NCBI GenBank assembly: GCA_023334545.1
Contig: JAADVB010000017.1
Location: 62,001 to 126,000 of the forward strand
Source: Salisapilia sapeloensis CBS 127946
Lineage: Eukaryota; Protista; Oomycota
Direction of reading: 5' to 3'
Length of the DNA: 64,000 bases
Positions 21,042-31,861 of this stretch are shown piece after piece; position 1 is the stretch's first letter, and every line of letters begins with the position of its first letter. Both the position numbers and the translations under genes were made by a program. The notes below the pieces were generated by a model. The model did no database searches, had not been told where the DNA came from, and saw only the letters and a list, made by a program, of their open reading frames with translations.

Positions 21042-24000
21042 ATGGCTGTCGGAAAAAAGTATCGTCACCGGCGCAAACGGACTTTAGTTCGAGATAGCAC
21101 CATTAAAGATGCAGAGTACAAGAGAAAACCGCCAGGACCAAATGCACTGTGGCTCAAGCTTAATGTTGCTATTAAAACAGCGCGATTGCAGTCATTGAAG
21201 CGGAATAAGTACCAACATCTCCAAGAAGAAGCTATATTGAAAGCTCGTGGATTACTACAAAACTGGGAGGATCAGCCTGTGGTCTTGACGGAAGACTTGT
21301 ACCACCAAGCAACTCGAACGGGTGAGTCTGATGCTGATGAACTCGAAAATTATACACCCGAAGCGTTGGCTTTTCGATTCAGTCTTCGAAATGATCCAGA
21401 CATCCTTGACGCGGCAAGAGAAATATGGAATATCTCTATGCCCCGTGATGAGCTTGGACGTATTAATGAGCGTAGTTATACAGCATTATTTAAGCGCATT
21501 GCAAAGAGTTTGAAACCAGAAAGCTACAAGAAGAGTAAAGTGAGTAAGACCATTGCACAAGACTGGCGACGAGATAGTCGTGGACAATCGCACATAGGCT
21601 TTGCTGATTTCTTTGATAGCATATTTGAACTCGCAGACTTGTGGTGTGAATCGATTGATGTCGATGAGTACGTCAGCTTTTTAGGTGATCTGATGAAGCG
21701 GGTGAGCCGAGGGACAAAAGATGGCAAGCGAGTCTTTCGAGCAATAGCTCAAGTAGGAGCGATTGATGAAGACTTTGAATCATCCAGTGAGGAGGAGAGT
21801 GAAAGTGAAAGTGAAAGTGAAGAAGATGAAGATGAAGGTGAAACTGTTTCTAAAGATCTGCGTATGACACGAAGCACCATTGAAGATGGAACGTCAATGG
21901 AATCTCTACAAAACTTGCTTGTTGCTAAAGCTATCGACTGTCATCCTCTCTCACCTTCATCGTCACAGCAAAATCATCTACGACGGATATCGATGGATAA
22001 GTCTCCTGCATTGTTACCACCAACTTCGTCGCGGCTACTGGAACACCGGCCAAGCAATGTAGCGATGGTGCACTTTGACGCGGATGGTTATGACACAAAT
22101 GAGCCATGCATGACAGCTATAAGACTCCGGTCTTGTAGTGTATCCGGAATTGCGTGTAAGCCAATGGATACCAGTTTGGATTATAAGTTGGATACACACA
22201 GAAAGAGTGCATCTCGTAGATTCTCGCGGTTTGACCTTCAAACCATTTCGCCAAATAACAACGCAACACACGTAGAACCTCTTACGTCTGCACTGGACAA
22301 AGAGGGTTTATCAGTTAATGAAAACACACGGGAAGTACGTAAAGCACGGCTGAATGAGGATGATGAGTCGAAAATTACCAGTGAAGAGGGCGGCGAGGTA
22401 GCATTGTCGAGATACAGTGAGCGACAGCCAACAATATCGGCTATTACGCGGAAAATTCATTCTGCAGGCAAGCGGCCTAGTACCGGAGACTCTGTGCGAG
22501 CTGAAAATAAAGTTGAAGAACTTGCTAAGAGCATAGCAGTAAAGGCCGAGCGTAGCTTGATAAACTCCGCCTCTAGTGACAGACGAAAGACTAAATGCGC
22601 TGATGGTAATCAAAAAGCGAAGGGTCTTATGCGCAATACTGCTATCACCACTGACGCAGAGACCTCTCAATACAATCGTGCCATTTCAAGGCGCAATGCA
22701 AAGTCTGCCTTGCCTGCGAAAGAACAATTATTTCAGTTTGACGATCAGCAAGTCGTTCAGCGCGAAAACTTTTATGCGCCAGTTCGTCGGGGCAAACAAA
22801 ATCGCAAACCTCCCACAGAGACGAAGCGAAAGCTTCCACCGATGCAGCAATACATCCTCTCGGAACCAGAACATGCACCAAGAACATTTAGCCCACCTCC
22901 AAAGTATATCGAGACTCCCGCAAAGGAGATCTACAATGATTTTTCCGATGCTTATACGACCATCAGCTATGGGAAGCCTGATACACCAAACAAGGAAAAG
23001 GATGGAGGCCGGCTTAGTAAAGGAGAAGCTAAGCAAAATACATCGTCGACGAGTGGTTTCCAGACGTATGACTTTGTTTTACCACTGGATACAACGAGGA
23101 AAAGCATTGCTCTAAATTCAAAGCAACGTTCTAGTATCGTGCCAAAGCAAGGGACAGAGAGGGCAGTTGATAAACGTCCTGGAAGTGGAGGAGTAAGATA
23201 TGTTAAAGTGGATTGTCGATGTGGTAGTGCCACTACCGTCTCAGATTCAGATAATACAATGGACACGCATTGGGATGATATTCCAAGTACAAGGTCGGAT
23301 GACTACGAAAGTTTATCGCTGGCGATCAACCAGTCACCTCTAGCGCTGGATTTAAAGCCTCAAAGTTTATCTTTAATTCATCCAGTGAAAAGTACACCAA
23401 GTGCTAAGCTGGGAAATGCAAATCCTGGAAAGAGTTCGTCCATACCTTTTTCGGCATCCACCAAAATATCGCGACAGGAAAACCTGTCTTTGGATGCTTT
23501 GGGCATTGGACAAACTTCACCGTCTCGACATTCTGCAGGTCTAGACCCAAGCAAGTCTTTACCTGTAATGAAAAACATGAGAGGCGAGTTATCTTCTGCT
23601 CCGTCAACAATAAATTCTATTGGCACCGCTGACCATCCAAGGTTTCCTCCAAGTGTTTCTACTAAAGAAACTTACGGGATGTTTACGTCTAACAAAGACA
23701 TGGCTGTGTCAGCAGCAACGCTAATACCTCACACTAGGCTCAGCTCTCCCAATAGCAGTAGCTCTAAAACAAGGCTGTTGGGTAAAGAGTCGAAAATGCC
23801 TATTTCTCGAAGTCCTGGAAAAGATGTATTGGCGACTCAGCACTCTTACTTCACGGACAGCACTCCTGCAGTTCGATCGCGCACAGCTCCATCATTGTCC
23901 TTTGCACACGACTTGGTCGGATTTCCTATCGATATGGTTCCGTTCCGAGCCGTCGAGATGTCTCGTGGTAACCAAAGTCCTCGGGCCATTTCCACTATAA

Positions 24001-24302
24001 ACGTCTCGGATGCACGAAAGTTGCATGCAGAGTCTGGGAGGAAGGAAACGAATGAATCTGCCACAGTGATCGTGAATGCATATCGAGAGATCGTGTTAGA
24101 ACCACGTAGTAAGATCGACGATGCTGTCGCCAAGAGCCAACGCACAGCTTTATCGCCTGAAGACATAATCCAACGACGGTATCAGTACAAACACGGTCGC
24201 CAATGGGTCGACAAGAGTAAGATAGAAGAGTACATCGAGTACGAGTACATCGAGTACATTCCGATGCACATCGAAGACACAGAAATGGATTTAAACACAT
24301 AA
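21042..24302 (+). CDS. 1086-aa protein: N-terminal EF-hand-like helical domain plus a long disordered Ser/Lys-rich tail
   Basis: Single ORF from ATG. The folded-looking segment IGFADFFDSIFELADLWCESIDVDEYVSFL is followed by an acidic tract (ESESESEEDED) and low-complexity sequence. Confidence 0.8.
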   Translation: MAVGKKYRHRRKRTLVRDSTIKDAEYKRKPPGPNALWLKLNVAIKTARLQSLKRNKYQHLQEEAILKARGLLQNWEDQPVVLTEDLYHQATRTGESDADELENYTPEALAFRFSLRNDPDILDAAREIWNISMPRDELGRINERSYTALFKRIAKSLKPESYKKSKVSKTIAQDWRRDSRGQSHIGFADFFDSIFELADLWCESIDVDEYVSFLGDLMKRVSRGTKDGKRVFRAIAQVGAIDEDFESSSEEESESESESEEDEDEGETVSKDLRMTRSTIEDGTSMESLQNLLVAKAIDCHPLSPSSSQQNHLRRISMDKSPALLPPTSSRLLEHRPSNVAMVHFDADGYDTNEPCMTAIRLRSCSVSGIACKPMDTSLDYKLDTHRKSASRRFSRFDLQTISPNNNATHVEPLTSALDKEGLSVNENTREVRKARLNEDDESKITSEEGGEVALSRYSERQPTISAITRKIHSAGKRPSTGDSVRAENKVEELAKSIAVKAERSLINSASSDRRKTKCADGNQKAKGLMRNTAITTDAETSQYNRAISRRNAKSALPAKEQLFQFDDQQVVQRENFYAPVRRGKQNRKPPTETKRKLPPMQQYILSEPEHAPRTFSPPPKYIETPAKEIYNDFSDAYTTISYGKPDTPNKEKDGGRLSKGEAKQNTSSTSGFQTYDFVLPLDTTRKSIALNSKQRSSIVPKQGTERAVDKRPGSGGVRYVKVDCRCGSATTVSDSDNTMDTHWDDIPSTRSDDYESLSLAINQSPLALDLKPQSLSLIHPVKSTPSAKLGNANPGKSSSIPFSASTKISRQENLSLDALGIGQTSPSRHSAGLDPSKSLPVMKNMRGELSSAPSTINSIGTADHPRFPPSVSTKETYGMFTSNKDMAVSAATLIPHTRLSSPNSSSSKTRLLGKESKMPISRSPGKDVLATQHSYFTDSTPAVRSRTAPSLSFAHDLVGFPIDMVPFRAVEMSRGNQSPRAISTINVSDARKLHAESGRKETNESATVIVNAYREIVLEPRSKIDDAVAKSQRTALSPEDIIQRRYQYKHGRQWVDKSKIEEYIEYEYIEYIPMHIEDTEMDLNT
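24228..24257 (+). repeat. Exact 15-nt tandem duplication (gagtacatcgagtac)x2 encoding EYIEY-EYIEY
   Basis: Directly visible at 24228-24242 and 24243-24257. Confidence 0.85.
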
Positions 24303-24431
24303 GACAAAAGCGTTTAACAAATTTTTCTTCTTTCATACGAAATACCTCTCGTCGAGGTGTAATCCAGTGCGAACAAAAGTCCAAAGGTGTCAAAATGAAC
24401 ATTTTTCGTCTCCAAGCCAACACTTTTTCAC

Positions 24432-27383
24432 TTAGGCTTTGGCATACTGCAGTAGAAATTGTGACACAAGTTCCCACGATGAACGCATCTTGAAGTAGTG
24501 CTGCATCTGGCTATCAGTCGGATTGTTACCCAACGCGACACTCCCTTCATGCTGCGCACTTGCTTCAATGATCGTCCTTAACTGCAGCCTATTGGTCGCG
24601 ATGACTGAAAAGTAAATCGTCACGCGATGTCTCTTTAGCTGCTTGGGTTCTTCCTCCGGCTCCTCTCCTTCCGACAAGCAGACGCTCGGGTCCTCCGGCC
24701 AGCGCATGAACTGAACGGCCACTTCGCTTCCACCGGCACAGCTCAGTTCTCGAACTCTCCACGCTCGGTAGACGACCAAATCCGTCTGGTCCGACGCCAA
24801 GTCACTGCTCGGATAGAACTTGGGAACGCGCGTCACCACCGGCTCCGATGCGTTCAGCTGGAAGTTGATCGCATGCTCCTTGGCGACCCAGCTATGTGGT
24901 AGCTGGACAGAGAACGTCTCTCGCGTCTCAATGAGACTCAGACAAGACGTCATGTGCGCCTGGACATGTCGATAGATCCACGCCATGGGCGGATGCGGCC
25001 CGTGCTGAAGGATATTCGACTTGATCATGTGCGAATAACTGGACTGAGACGACGTCCATTCACCCGTAATCGCATAGTCTCCCGTCCATGCGTAGCCATG
25101 GAGAGACTGGAGCGTACGAGTGTTCTCGATGTCCAGACTGCTCTTGACGACATCATACAGACGTACGAATCGAGAAAAGTAGGCAAACATGGGCGAGTCG
25201 GATGCATTCAGTGATCCAGTCGTATCTTGATCGGCTGCACTACGCCACCAATGCTCTCTCGCAAGCCACGGCTCAGCTTCCTTTAGCATCGTGTAGAGAT
25301 CCACAACTTGATTCTCCTCGACATTCTGTCGACGTGGTAGTTTATCCACTTGTTCATGCACTCGAGCATCGAGGAATCGAACGACAGTCGCGTATGCATC
25401 CAAATCACTTTCACCTCGTTGTACACTCTCTCGCATCGTCTTTCGAATACGAGCGACAATATTCTCTTGCACAAGAGCTTGTGCAATCACGACAAGGTCC
25501 GTACAAAGTGTCTGGAGACGATTGTTACTAAGTGGGATCTCGACAAGCTTGGATAAAGTTTCAATCATCACGAACGAATGTCGAATGACACCTCGTTCAC
25601 CAGTCCGAGCACGTTCTTCAAACTTATGAATGCGATTTAAAACGACAAACGCGAGTTGCAACACACGTGCGCGACGATACAAGTCCTCTTCTTGTGTCTG
25701 GACTCGTGTATCGAGACGTTGGTCCATGCCATCGACAGCGACGAGGACAGCTCGATCGGAATCAGACGAACGATTGCGCTTGCGACTAGCAATATCCTGT
25801 GTCAACGGTGCTGGGATCGTATACGTCGGTGGTGTCGGCAGAGTCGACGTCTGCGGAGGCGTATACGTGTCATCGAGTTGCTGACTACTCGCATGCAGAC
25901 TCATGCGACTCGGTAGGCTACCTCTTCGAGCGTACACGCTACCCTCGGCACTTGACGACGGTGGCGACGTATGGACGTAGTTGTACACTTGCTGCGTCGA
26001 TGGACTCTCGAGATTAAGCGAGTTCATACCCGCCACAGGCGTTGTGACGATAGATGGACGTGCTGGCGTCTCATTTACGCGAGGCATGGACTGGAGAGAT
26101 GACAGGGGTGTCGGGAGAGCTGCGAGAGACGAGCGTCGTCCTTGTGGATTGTACTGCATGCGCGTATTCTCTTGTAAGAAGGCGACGCTGGACGATTGAT
26201 GGAGCGATGCATTCGCGCCGACACCGAAGGGATACGCAGATGCCTGACCTTGTGGTTGCTGACTTGTGCTCCCCATCTGCATGGACGGCACGGAGGGAAA
26301 GTGGACCGACGTATAATAATCAGACTTGGACGACGCGGACCTCGTGAGTCGTTTACGGTCTCGAGCGGCGGCGTCATTCGCATTCGGGGCAGTATAACGA
26401 TACGTGTAGTAGTAGCCAGTGCCTGTGGACGTCGCGACGGGCGTACTGGCACTCTCTTGCGTACTCGTGAGTAGCTGGTCGATCGACGGGACGCTACGGG
26501 GTGTCGCGTTCGGAACGATGCTGGACTCGGTCGCAGCTCTCGTGCGCACGATCGGGTGCGTCGTGGCCGGTCGGAAGGTTTTACGCGCCTTGCGACTGGA
26601 TGAGATGCGAAATTGAGGCGAAGAGAGGTCTGCGAGACATGTGAGAGTGGATGTATCATCTTGCTGCGTCTGACGGAAGAAATAGACGCAAAAGACGTGT
26701 AGGTTCTTGCAATTCAAGCGAGACGACTGCCATCCATAGTGCCACGATTGACGATTGCCATTGATCATGAATCTCGGCGCACCAGACGCAGATGGAGGGT
26801 GGATAGATCCTCGAAACCATTTACGAAGAGGCTTGTCCGGCGTCTTGACGTCGGCCAACAAATCTTCCGCGTTGTACTCTTGGCCAACAGTAATGGGTGG
26901 AACGTCCTGCTGGCTATCGGCACGAGAGCGAGGAGATCTATGTGGTCGCGAATGCTCTTCAAAGCGACCGAGCACGAGGTCGCAGTCGGTAAAATTGCAC
27001 TCGACTAGCAGACCGGCGCCACAGAAGCTCTTGGGGTTATGCCCACCGCAGCAATGAGGGAAGCATCGGAGGTTCTAGAGTCGTATAGGAATGAGTGATA
27101 CGTGTCTAGAGGAGACGAGATAATCGACATACCTTGTGTCCACTAGCCTTGTTGCTCCTATACGTGTCGAGGAGTTAGTACAAAGATTTTGGTGGTCGTA
27201 AGGGGGAGATATGCATGGGATATCGGTGGTTATTTCCTTGAGTGCATGTACGTACCGAAGGTATTCACTAGAAAAAAGCGGATGGTCGCATTGAGTATGC
27301 AAAAATCTTCCGGTGTGGCTTTCATTCTCGATGCACTCGATGGCATCATGCATGTCATCCGTTGGTGTCGGGGACGTGGTCAT
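24432..27383 (-). CDS. Uncharacterised ~930-aa protein with an N-terminal Cys/His-rich conserved-looking domain (candidate lineage-specific transcription factor), 3 exons
   Basis: Exons 27256-27383, 27133-27157 (25-nt micro-exon) and 24432-27074 total 2796 nt, divisible by 3. Introns are 27158-27255 (with a perfect tactaac branch point) and 27075-27132. Spliced N-terminus reads HPLFSSEYLRSNKASGHKNLRCFPHCCGGHNPKSFCG. Confidence 0.8.
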
Positions 27384-28570
27384 GGCAGAGGTGGGATATC
27401 AGATATCTCGAGCGTTATTTTCGTCCACGAGCTTATATGCAAAGCAGCGGAGGAGTCTGGATCTTGTGCTAAGATGAGGGTAGTTTCGTTTGTAGAATGG
27501 AGGAGCTTGTCGTAAATGGAAGAGATGGTCCGATAGCTTGCTCGAAATCGAACAACAAAGTGGAGGACGATCGAAGGGGTAGCAAAGTCCGATGAGCTTT
27601 CGTTAGTCTTTTTAATTATCAAAATGCAAAGACGGTCGGAGCAAATGCTTGGCTAGGCAAGGATGTCTTGAGCTCGACACTCCCAAATAAGATTGCTAAA
27701 TGATCAATACACGGCGCGTCCATCCCGCTTATGGCTTGAGTGGCTCGTTTGTCGTTTTAGGCCAATCCAGGAACGTTCCCCTGCCGACGACCAATCAGAA
27801 AGCAGAGAGCATTAGAAGGATCGCATACAAAGAAGTTGTCAAATCGTGTAGATCCAGCGGAGAATACAAGCGCTGCGTACGCCCGAGCGAGGGGGCCGAT
27901 GGCCCGGATCTCGTCTTCGGTCCGACGTAAGTAAGACGTCGGAAAGAAACTTTTTCCCGTCGACGTCGGACAACTAGTTGCTTCATAATCTCTTCACGAT
28001 ACCAATTGTTTCTTGATTGCTAGGCTGGTCTGTACCTTAAGAATGGACATGTCGGCCTCAAAAGACACGAGCATGTCTCGAATCGAGTAGAGCTCGCGAC
28101 ATGACGAGCATGGTATTTCGGAAAAGAATCAGGACATACACATATACAATACGTACGGATCGACTGGCGTGCGCAAGTGCTCCTACTTGTTAAAATCCAC
28201 CTTGTCTACTTCTCTCTCTTTGCCTTGCACAAGCGCAAGTTGAATGCTTTTTTTTTCGCCAAGCGCGAAGCAACGGCGGACCAACGCTTACAAATGGCTC
28301 CAATCGTCATGTGTGTTTCCTATACACGGCCTAGACGAGATCGAGTGTAGATTACTTATAACCTATCGATTCTTCCTTCCTATCATTACTCGTTATGCAT
28401 CTACCAAGGAACTTTCGTACGTTGATCATGTATTCGTTGCTACCGAGTGATGCAATGCGTAGATACAGATACAAGTAGCTTAAACGTAACGATCGTTCGG
28501 GTCTAATGGGTACATCCGTACGTGTACCTAGTACGAGTATCATTCGTATCGTCTGACAACCTACAGGTAT

Positions 28571-31500
28571 TTACGACGCTACTGGCGACGCGAAAGGAAG
28601 GCAGCAAAGCACATAGCGTATTGGTAACGCAAGTGCACCAATGCCAATGCATATTAGCCATTGCACTGCGCTTAATGGTGCACAATGGAACAACGCACCT
28701 CCGAATTGGACGATAACGACTTGCAACGCGACTTGTAGTCCCCATCCGATGATAAAAGTAGCATCATGGCAAAGTCCTCGGTCGATTGCATGCGTTTCAT
28801 CATGCAACTTACGACAGTTTATCTCATTAAAAAGCTGTAACCAGAAGAAAGCGTTAAACACGATCGTCAAATGCTGCGTTGCTTCCTCCGTCTGCATCAT
28901 CTCAGCATCACGTAGCTCGACAGACGGTCTTCCGGACGGAATTGCGAGCCAGTTGTCTCCTAAGAATGTCAGGAGGAGCAATATAGTCAATTGATACGTT
29001 GTCTGTCCGATGATGTGCTTTAGCATCGTCGACGATAGGACGCTACGAGATTTTAAATACGGTTTCCTATCCAATAGACTCGACGTCGGAGGCGTCGTCG
29101 CTAGTCCGAGTGACGCGAAAGAATCCATAAAGAGGTTCACCCACAAGATCTGGACGGCAGTGATAGGAGACTGCTGCATGGACACGGCTCCGATCGCAGC
29201 GATAAGAACGGCAGTCGCAATCACAGTTAGTTGGAACTGGAGGAACTTGGAGATCGCGTCATGGACGTTCCGACCCCACTTGATCGCATTCACGAGCGAC
29301 GAAAAGTCGTCATTTAAGACGACAATATCAGCCGCTTGCTTCGCGACGGCCGTACCACCACGTCCCATCGCAAAGCCAACATGCGCTTCTTGCAACGCTG
29401 GCGCGTCATTCGTGCCGTCTCCAGTCACAGCAACCAGTTGTTCCGTGTTCTCAGCATCTCCTCTTGTCGCCATGAGTCCTTTGACTAGTAGATACTTGTC
29501 TTGCGGCGATGACCTCGCCAAGACACGTAAAGAGGGCCAGATCGCATCGAAAGATGTCTGGACTAGACCTCCGTTCGTATCGGTTACTTGACGTCGAAAC
29601 TCTGGACCTTCCAACACGACTGGACCGTCGGTGCAAGACATATCGTCTGTTAAAATACCACACTCGCTTGCGATGGCACGAGCTGTCAGGATATTGTCCC
29701 CTGTGACCATACGCACGACGATACCAGCACGTTTGCACTGCTCGATTGCAGTCGGTACATCCGGACGTACTGGATCTGCAATCGCGACGATACAAAGGAA
29801 CGTCAATTGCGTCTCCAATTCGCTTTCGTCTATCGTTTCAACCCACTCTAGACTATTATACGACATATCACGATAGGCAAGGCAGAGTGTCCGATGTCCT
29901 TGTGTAGCATATTGGCTAATCGTTTGGAGAATCTCGGTCTTAGCTGTCCCATCAAGCGGTAGAACGGAGCCATCAGGACGCTGTCTACTAGTACACAACT
30001 CGACCAATGTCTCGGATGCACCTTTTGTATACATCCTTAAGCTGCTTTCCTTTTGTATCACAACAGACATGCGTTTCCGATCGCTGCTGAAAGGTAGCAT
30101 ACGAACGACCGTTGCGTCCTGTCGTACTTGATGAAAGTTCACTCGACACTTGCACAATAGTCGAAGCAACGCTGCTTCCGTTGGACTTCCACTGAATTGA
30201 ACTTCCTTGTCATGATCGATACTGTCTCGTGATACTTCATCTACGGTCGAGTTCAAGGCGAGACTTTCGTAGAAGAGTGTACGGACAGGAAAGGTCATTT
30301 GATCTACTGTATCTACTGGCCGGTGTGCTCTATAGGAAGCGTTTGGATCAAACCATACATTTACAACTGTCATGACGTTTGTGGTAAGCGTTCCGGTCTT
30401 ATCAGAGCAGATCGTCGTTGCGTTCCCAGCCGTCTCACATGCGTGCATGTGTCGAACGAGGTTTTGCTCACGCAGCATCTGACGCACTGAGTGGGATAGT
30501 GCAATGGCTACAGCTAGTGGTAGACCTTCGGGAATAGCAACGACTAGGACGGTGACTGCCAAGAGGAAGTAGGATAGATATGGACGAAGCAGAGATGCTT
30601 CCCACGTCCGATCGTTATAGACGAAAGCGTCGATAGAGAAACGTATTGACATGACGCTAAAGACTAAGAGAGCGATGACGACACCTGCTTGACCGAGTCT
30701 CAAGTTTAGTCGCTCTAGTTTTTCTGCAAATGGAGTCTTCCTTGTATGTCGAGAAGATTTTACGACAGGTTCTTTCGTCGTAGATGTACGTGGTGTACGT
30801 ATCTCTACGTACTCTTGGTCTATCATTTCTTCTTGATTTGGAGAAAGCTTTTCGACAGGAGAAGTGTCTCCATGTACAAGTGTTAGGATCTGGCCGTACT
30901 GGGTGTTGGCACCGACAGCGAGGACGAGGATGCTACCAACACCTTGCATCACTTGCGTCCCAGCGAACGCTACTTGCTCTACGTGCTTATCAACTAAGGC
31001 TGACTCGCCTGTTAATGTGCTTTCATCTACCTGGAACTGCGTAGCATGGAGGATGATACCGTCTCCAGGTACAATGTCCCCAACAGCTAAAGGCACTAGC
31101 TCTCCGACGACGAGGTCCCACTTTTTAATGTAGCAGCGACGACCTTGCCGATAGACTGAAACGTCTTCATTGTCATTTACGGCGTTAAGAGCTCGAAACT
31201 GTTTATCCTTTTGGTACTCGGTGAAGGCAGATACAAAGGCGATGACACCAACAGCGACGACGACACACGTGCCTTCCATCGAGTCGACCGTAGGATTGCC
31301 ACCTACGGCCATACCAAGAGCGATGGAGATGATACCGACAGCGAGTAAAATGGCGTTTGTGACATCGAAGACGGCAGCTTGGAGAACGAGACGTAGCAAG
31401 CTAATAGGTGGTGGAGGAGCAATGTAATTGGCTCCAAATACCTTCCGGCGATATTCAATGTTTCTATTAGATTTTTCATTTCCCACGGAAGTCGATAGTC

Positions 31501-31729
31501 CATCATGAATAGATACATTTAAAGCGGATGCAATACCACCAGTACCACCCATCCGATTCAGTTCATTTTGATAACGTTCTACAGGAGAAGACGCTTGCTG
31601 AGTATTACTTATAGAATTATCAAATCCTCCTGCATCAAATGCCAAGGCCACTAGTCGACGTAGTTGCGTCGGAGTCATGTAAAAGGAAGTACAATCGGCA
31701 TCTTGGTCACTCCCTAGTGCCCTCGGCAT
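28571..31729 (-). CDS. P-type Ca2+-ATPase, P2B (PMCA-like), intronless
   Basis: Motifs DESTLTGES, IPEGLPLAV, CSDKTGTLT, KGASE, MVTGDN and TGDGTNDAPAL. Likely start is ATG 31729 (MPRAL); the ORF extension to 31888 overlaps the next gene and looks non-coding. Confidence 0.95.
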   Translation of the reverse strand: MPRALGSDQDADCTSFYMTPTQLRRLVALAFDAGGFDNSISNTQQASSPVERYQNELNRMGGTGGIASALNVSIHDGLSTSVGNEKSNRNIEYRRKVFGANYIAPPPPISLLRLVLQAAVFDVTNAILLAVGIISIALGMAVGGNPTVDSMEGTCVVVAVGVIAFVSAFTEYQKDKQFRALNAVNDNEDVSVYRQGRRCYIKKWDLVVGELVPLAVGDIVPGDGIILHATQFQVDESTLTGESALVDKHVEQVAFAGTQVMQGVGSILVLAVGANTQYGQILTLVHGDTSPVEKLSPNQEEMIDQEYVEIRTPRTSTTKEPVVKSSRHTRKTPFAEKLERLNLRLGQAGVVIALLVFSVMSIRFSIDAFVYNDRTWEASLLRPYLSYFLLAVTVLVVAIPEGLPLAVAIALSHSVRQMLREQNLVRHMHACETAGNATTICSDKTGTLTTNVMTVVNVWFDPNASYRAHRPVDTVDQMTFPVRTLFYESLALNSTVDEVSRDSIDHDKEVQFSGSPTEAALLRLLCKCRVNFHQVRQDATVVRMLPFSSDRKRMSVVIQKESSLRMYTKGASETLVELCTSRQRPDGSVLPLDGTAKTEILQTISQYATQGHRTLCLAYRDMSYNSLEWVETIDESELETQLTFLCIVAIADPVRPDVPTAIEQCKRAGIVVRMVTGDNILTARAIASECGILTDDMSCTDGPVVLEGPEFRRQVTDTNGGLVQTSFDAIWPSLRVLARSSPQDKYLLVKGLMATRGDAENTEQLVAVTGDGTNDAPALQEAHVGFAMGRGGTAVAKQAADIVVLNDDFSSLVNAIKWGRNVHDAISKFLQFQLTVIATAVLIAAIGAVSMQQSPITAVQILWVNLFMDSFASLGLATTPPTSSLLDRKPYLKSRSVLSSTMLKHIIGQTTYQLTILLLLTFLGDNWLAIPSGRPSVELRDAEMMQTEEATQHLTIVFNAFFWLQLFNEINCRKLHDETHAIDRGLCHDATFIIGWGLQVALQVVIVQFGGALFHCAPLSAVQWLICIGIGALALPIRYVLCCLPFASPVAS

Positions 31730-31861
31730 TGTATAGTGCTTGCCAACTATATATACATACTTTAATTGGTTTAAATTAAACTTTGAGCATTTTAATTGGT
31801 TGGAATGGTTTGAGTGGGCATGAAATACGACAACTAATAGCGAAAAGCTCATTTGGACGTC

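Noticed and set aside
27380-27622. 80-aa ORF whose TGA overlaps the ATG of the candidate TF (ATGA), resembling a coupled uORF
   Set aside because: It starts at TTG and has no in-frame ATG, so it is not a conventional uORF.
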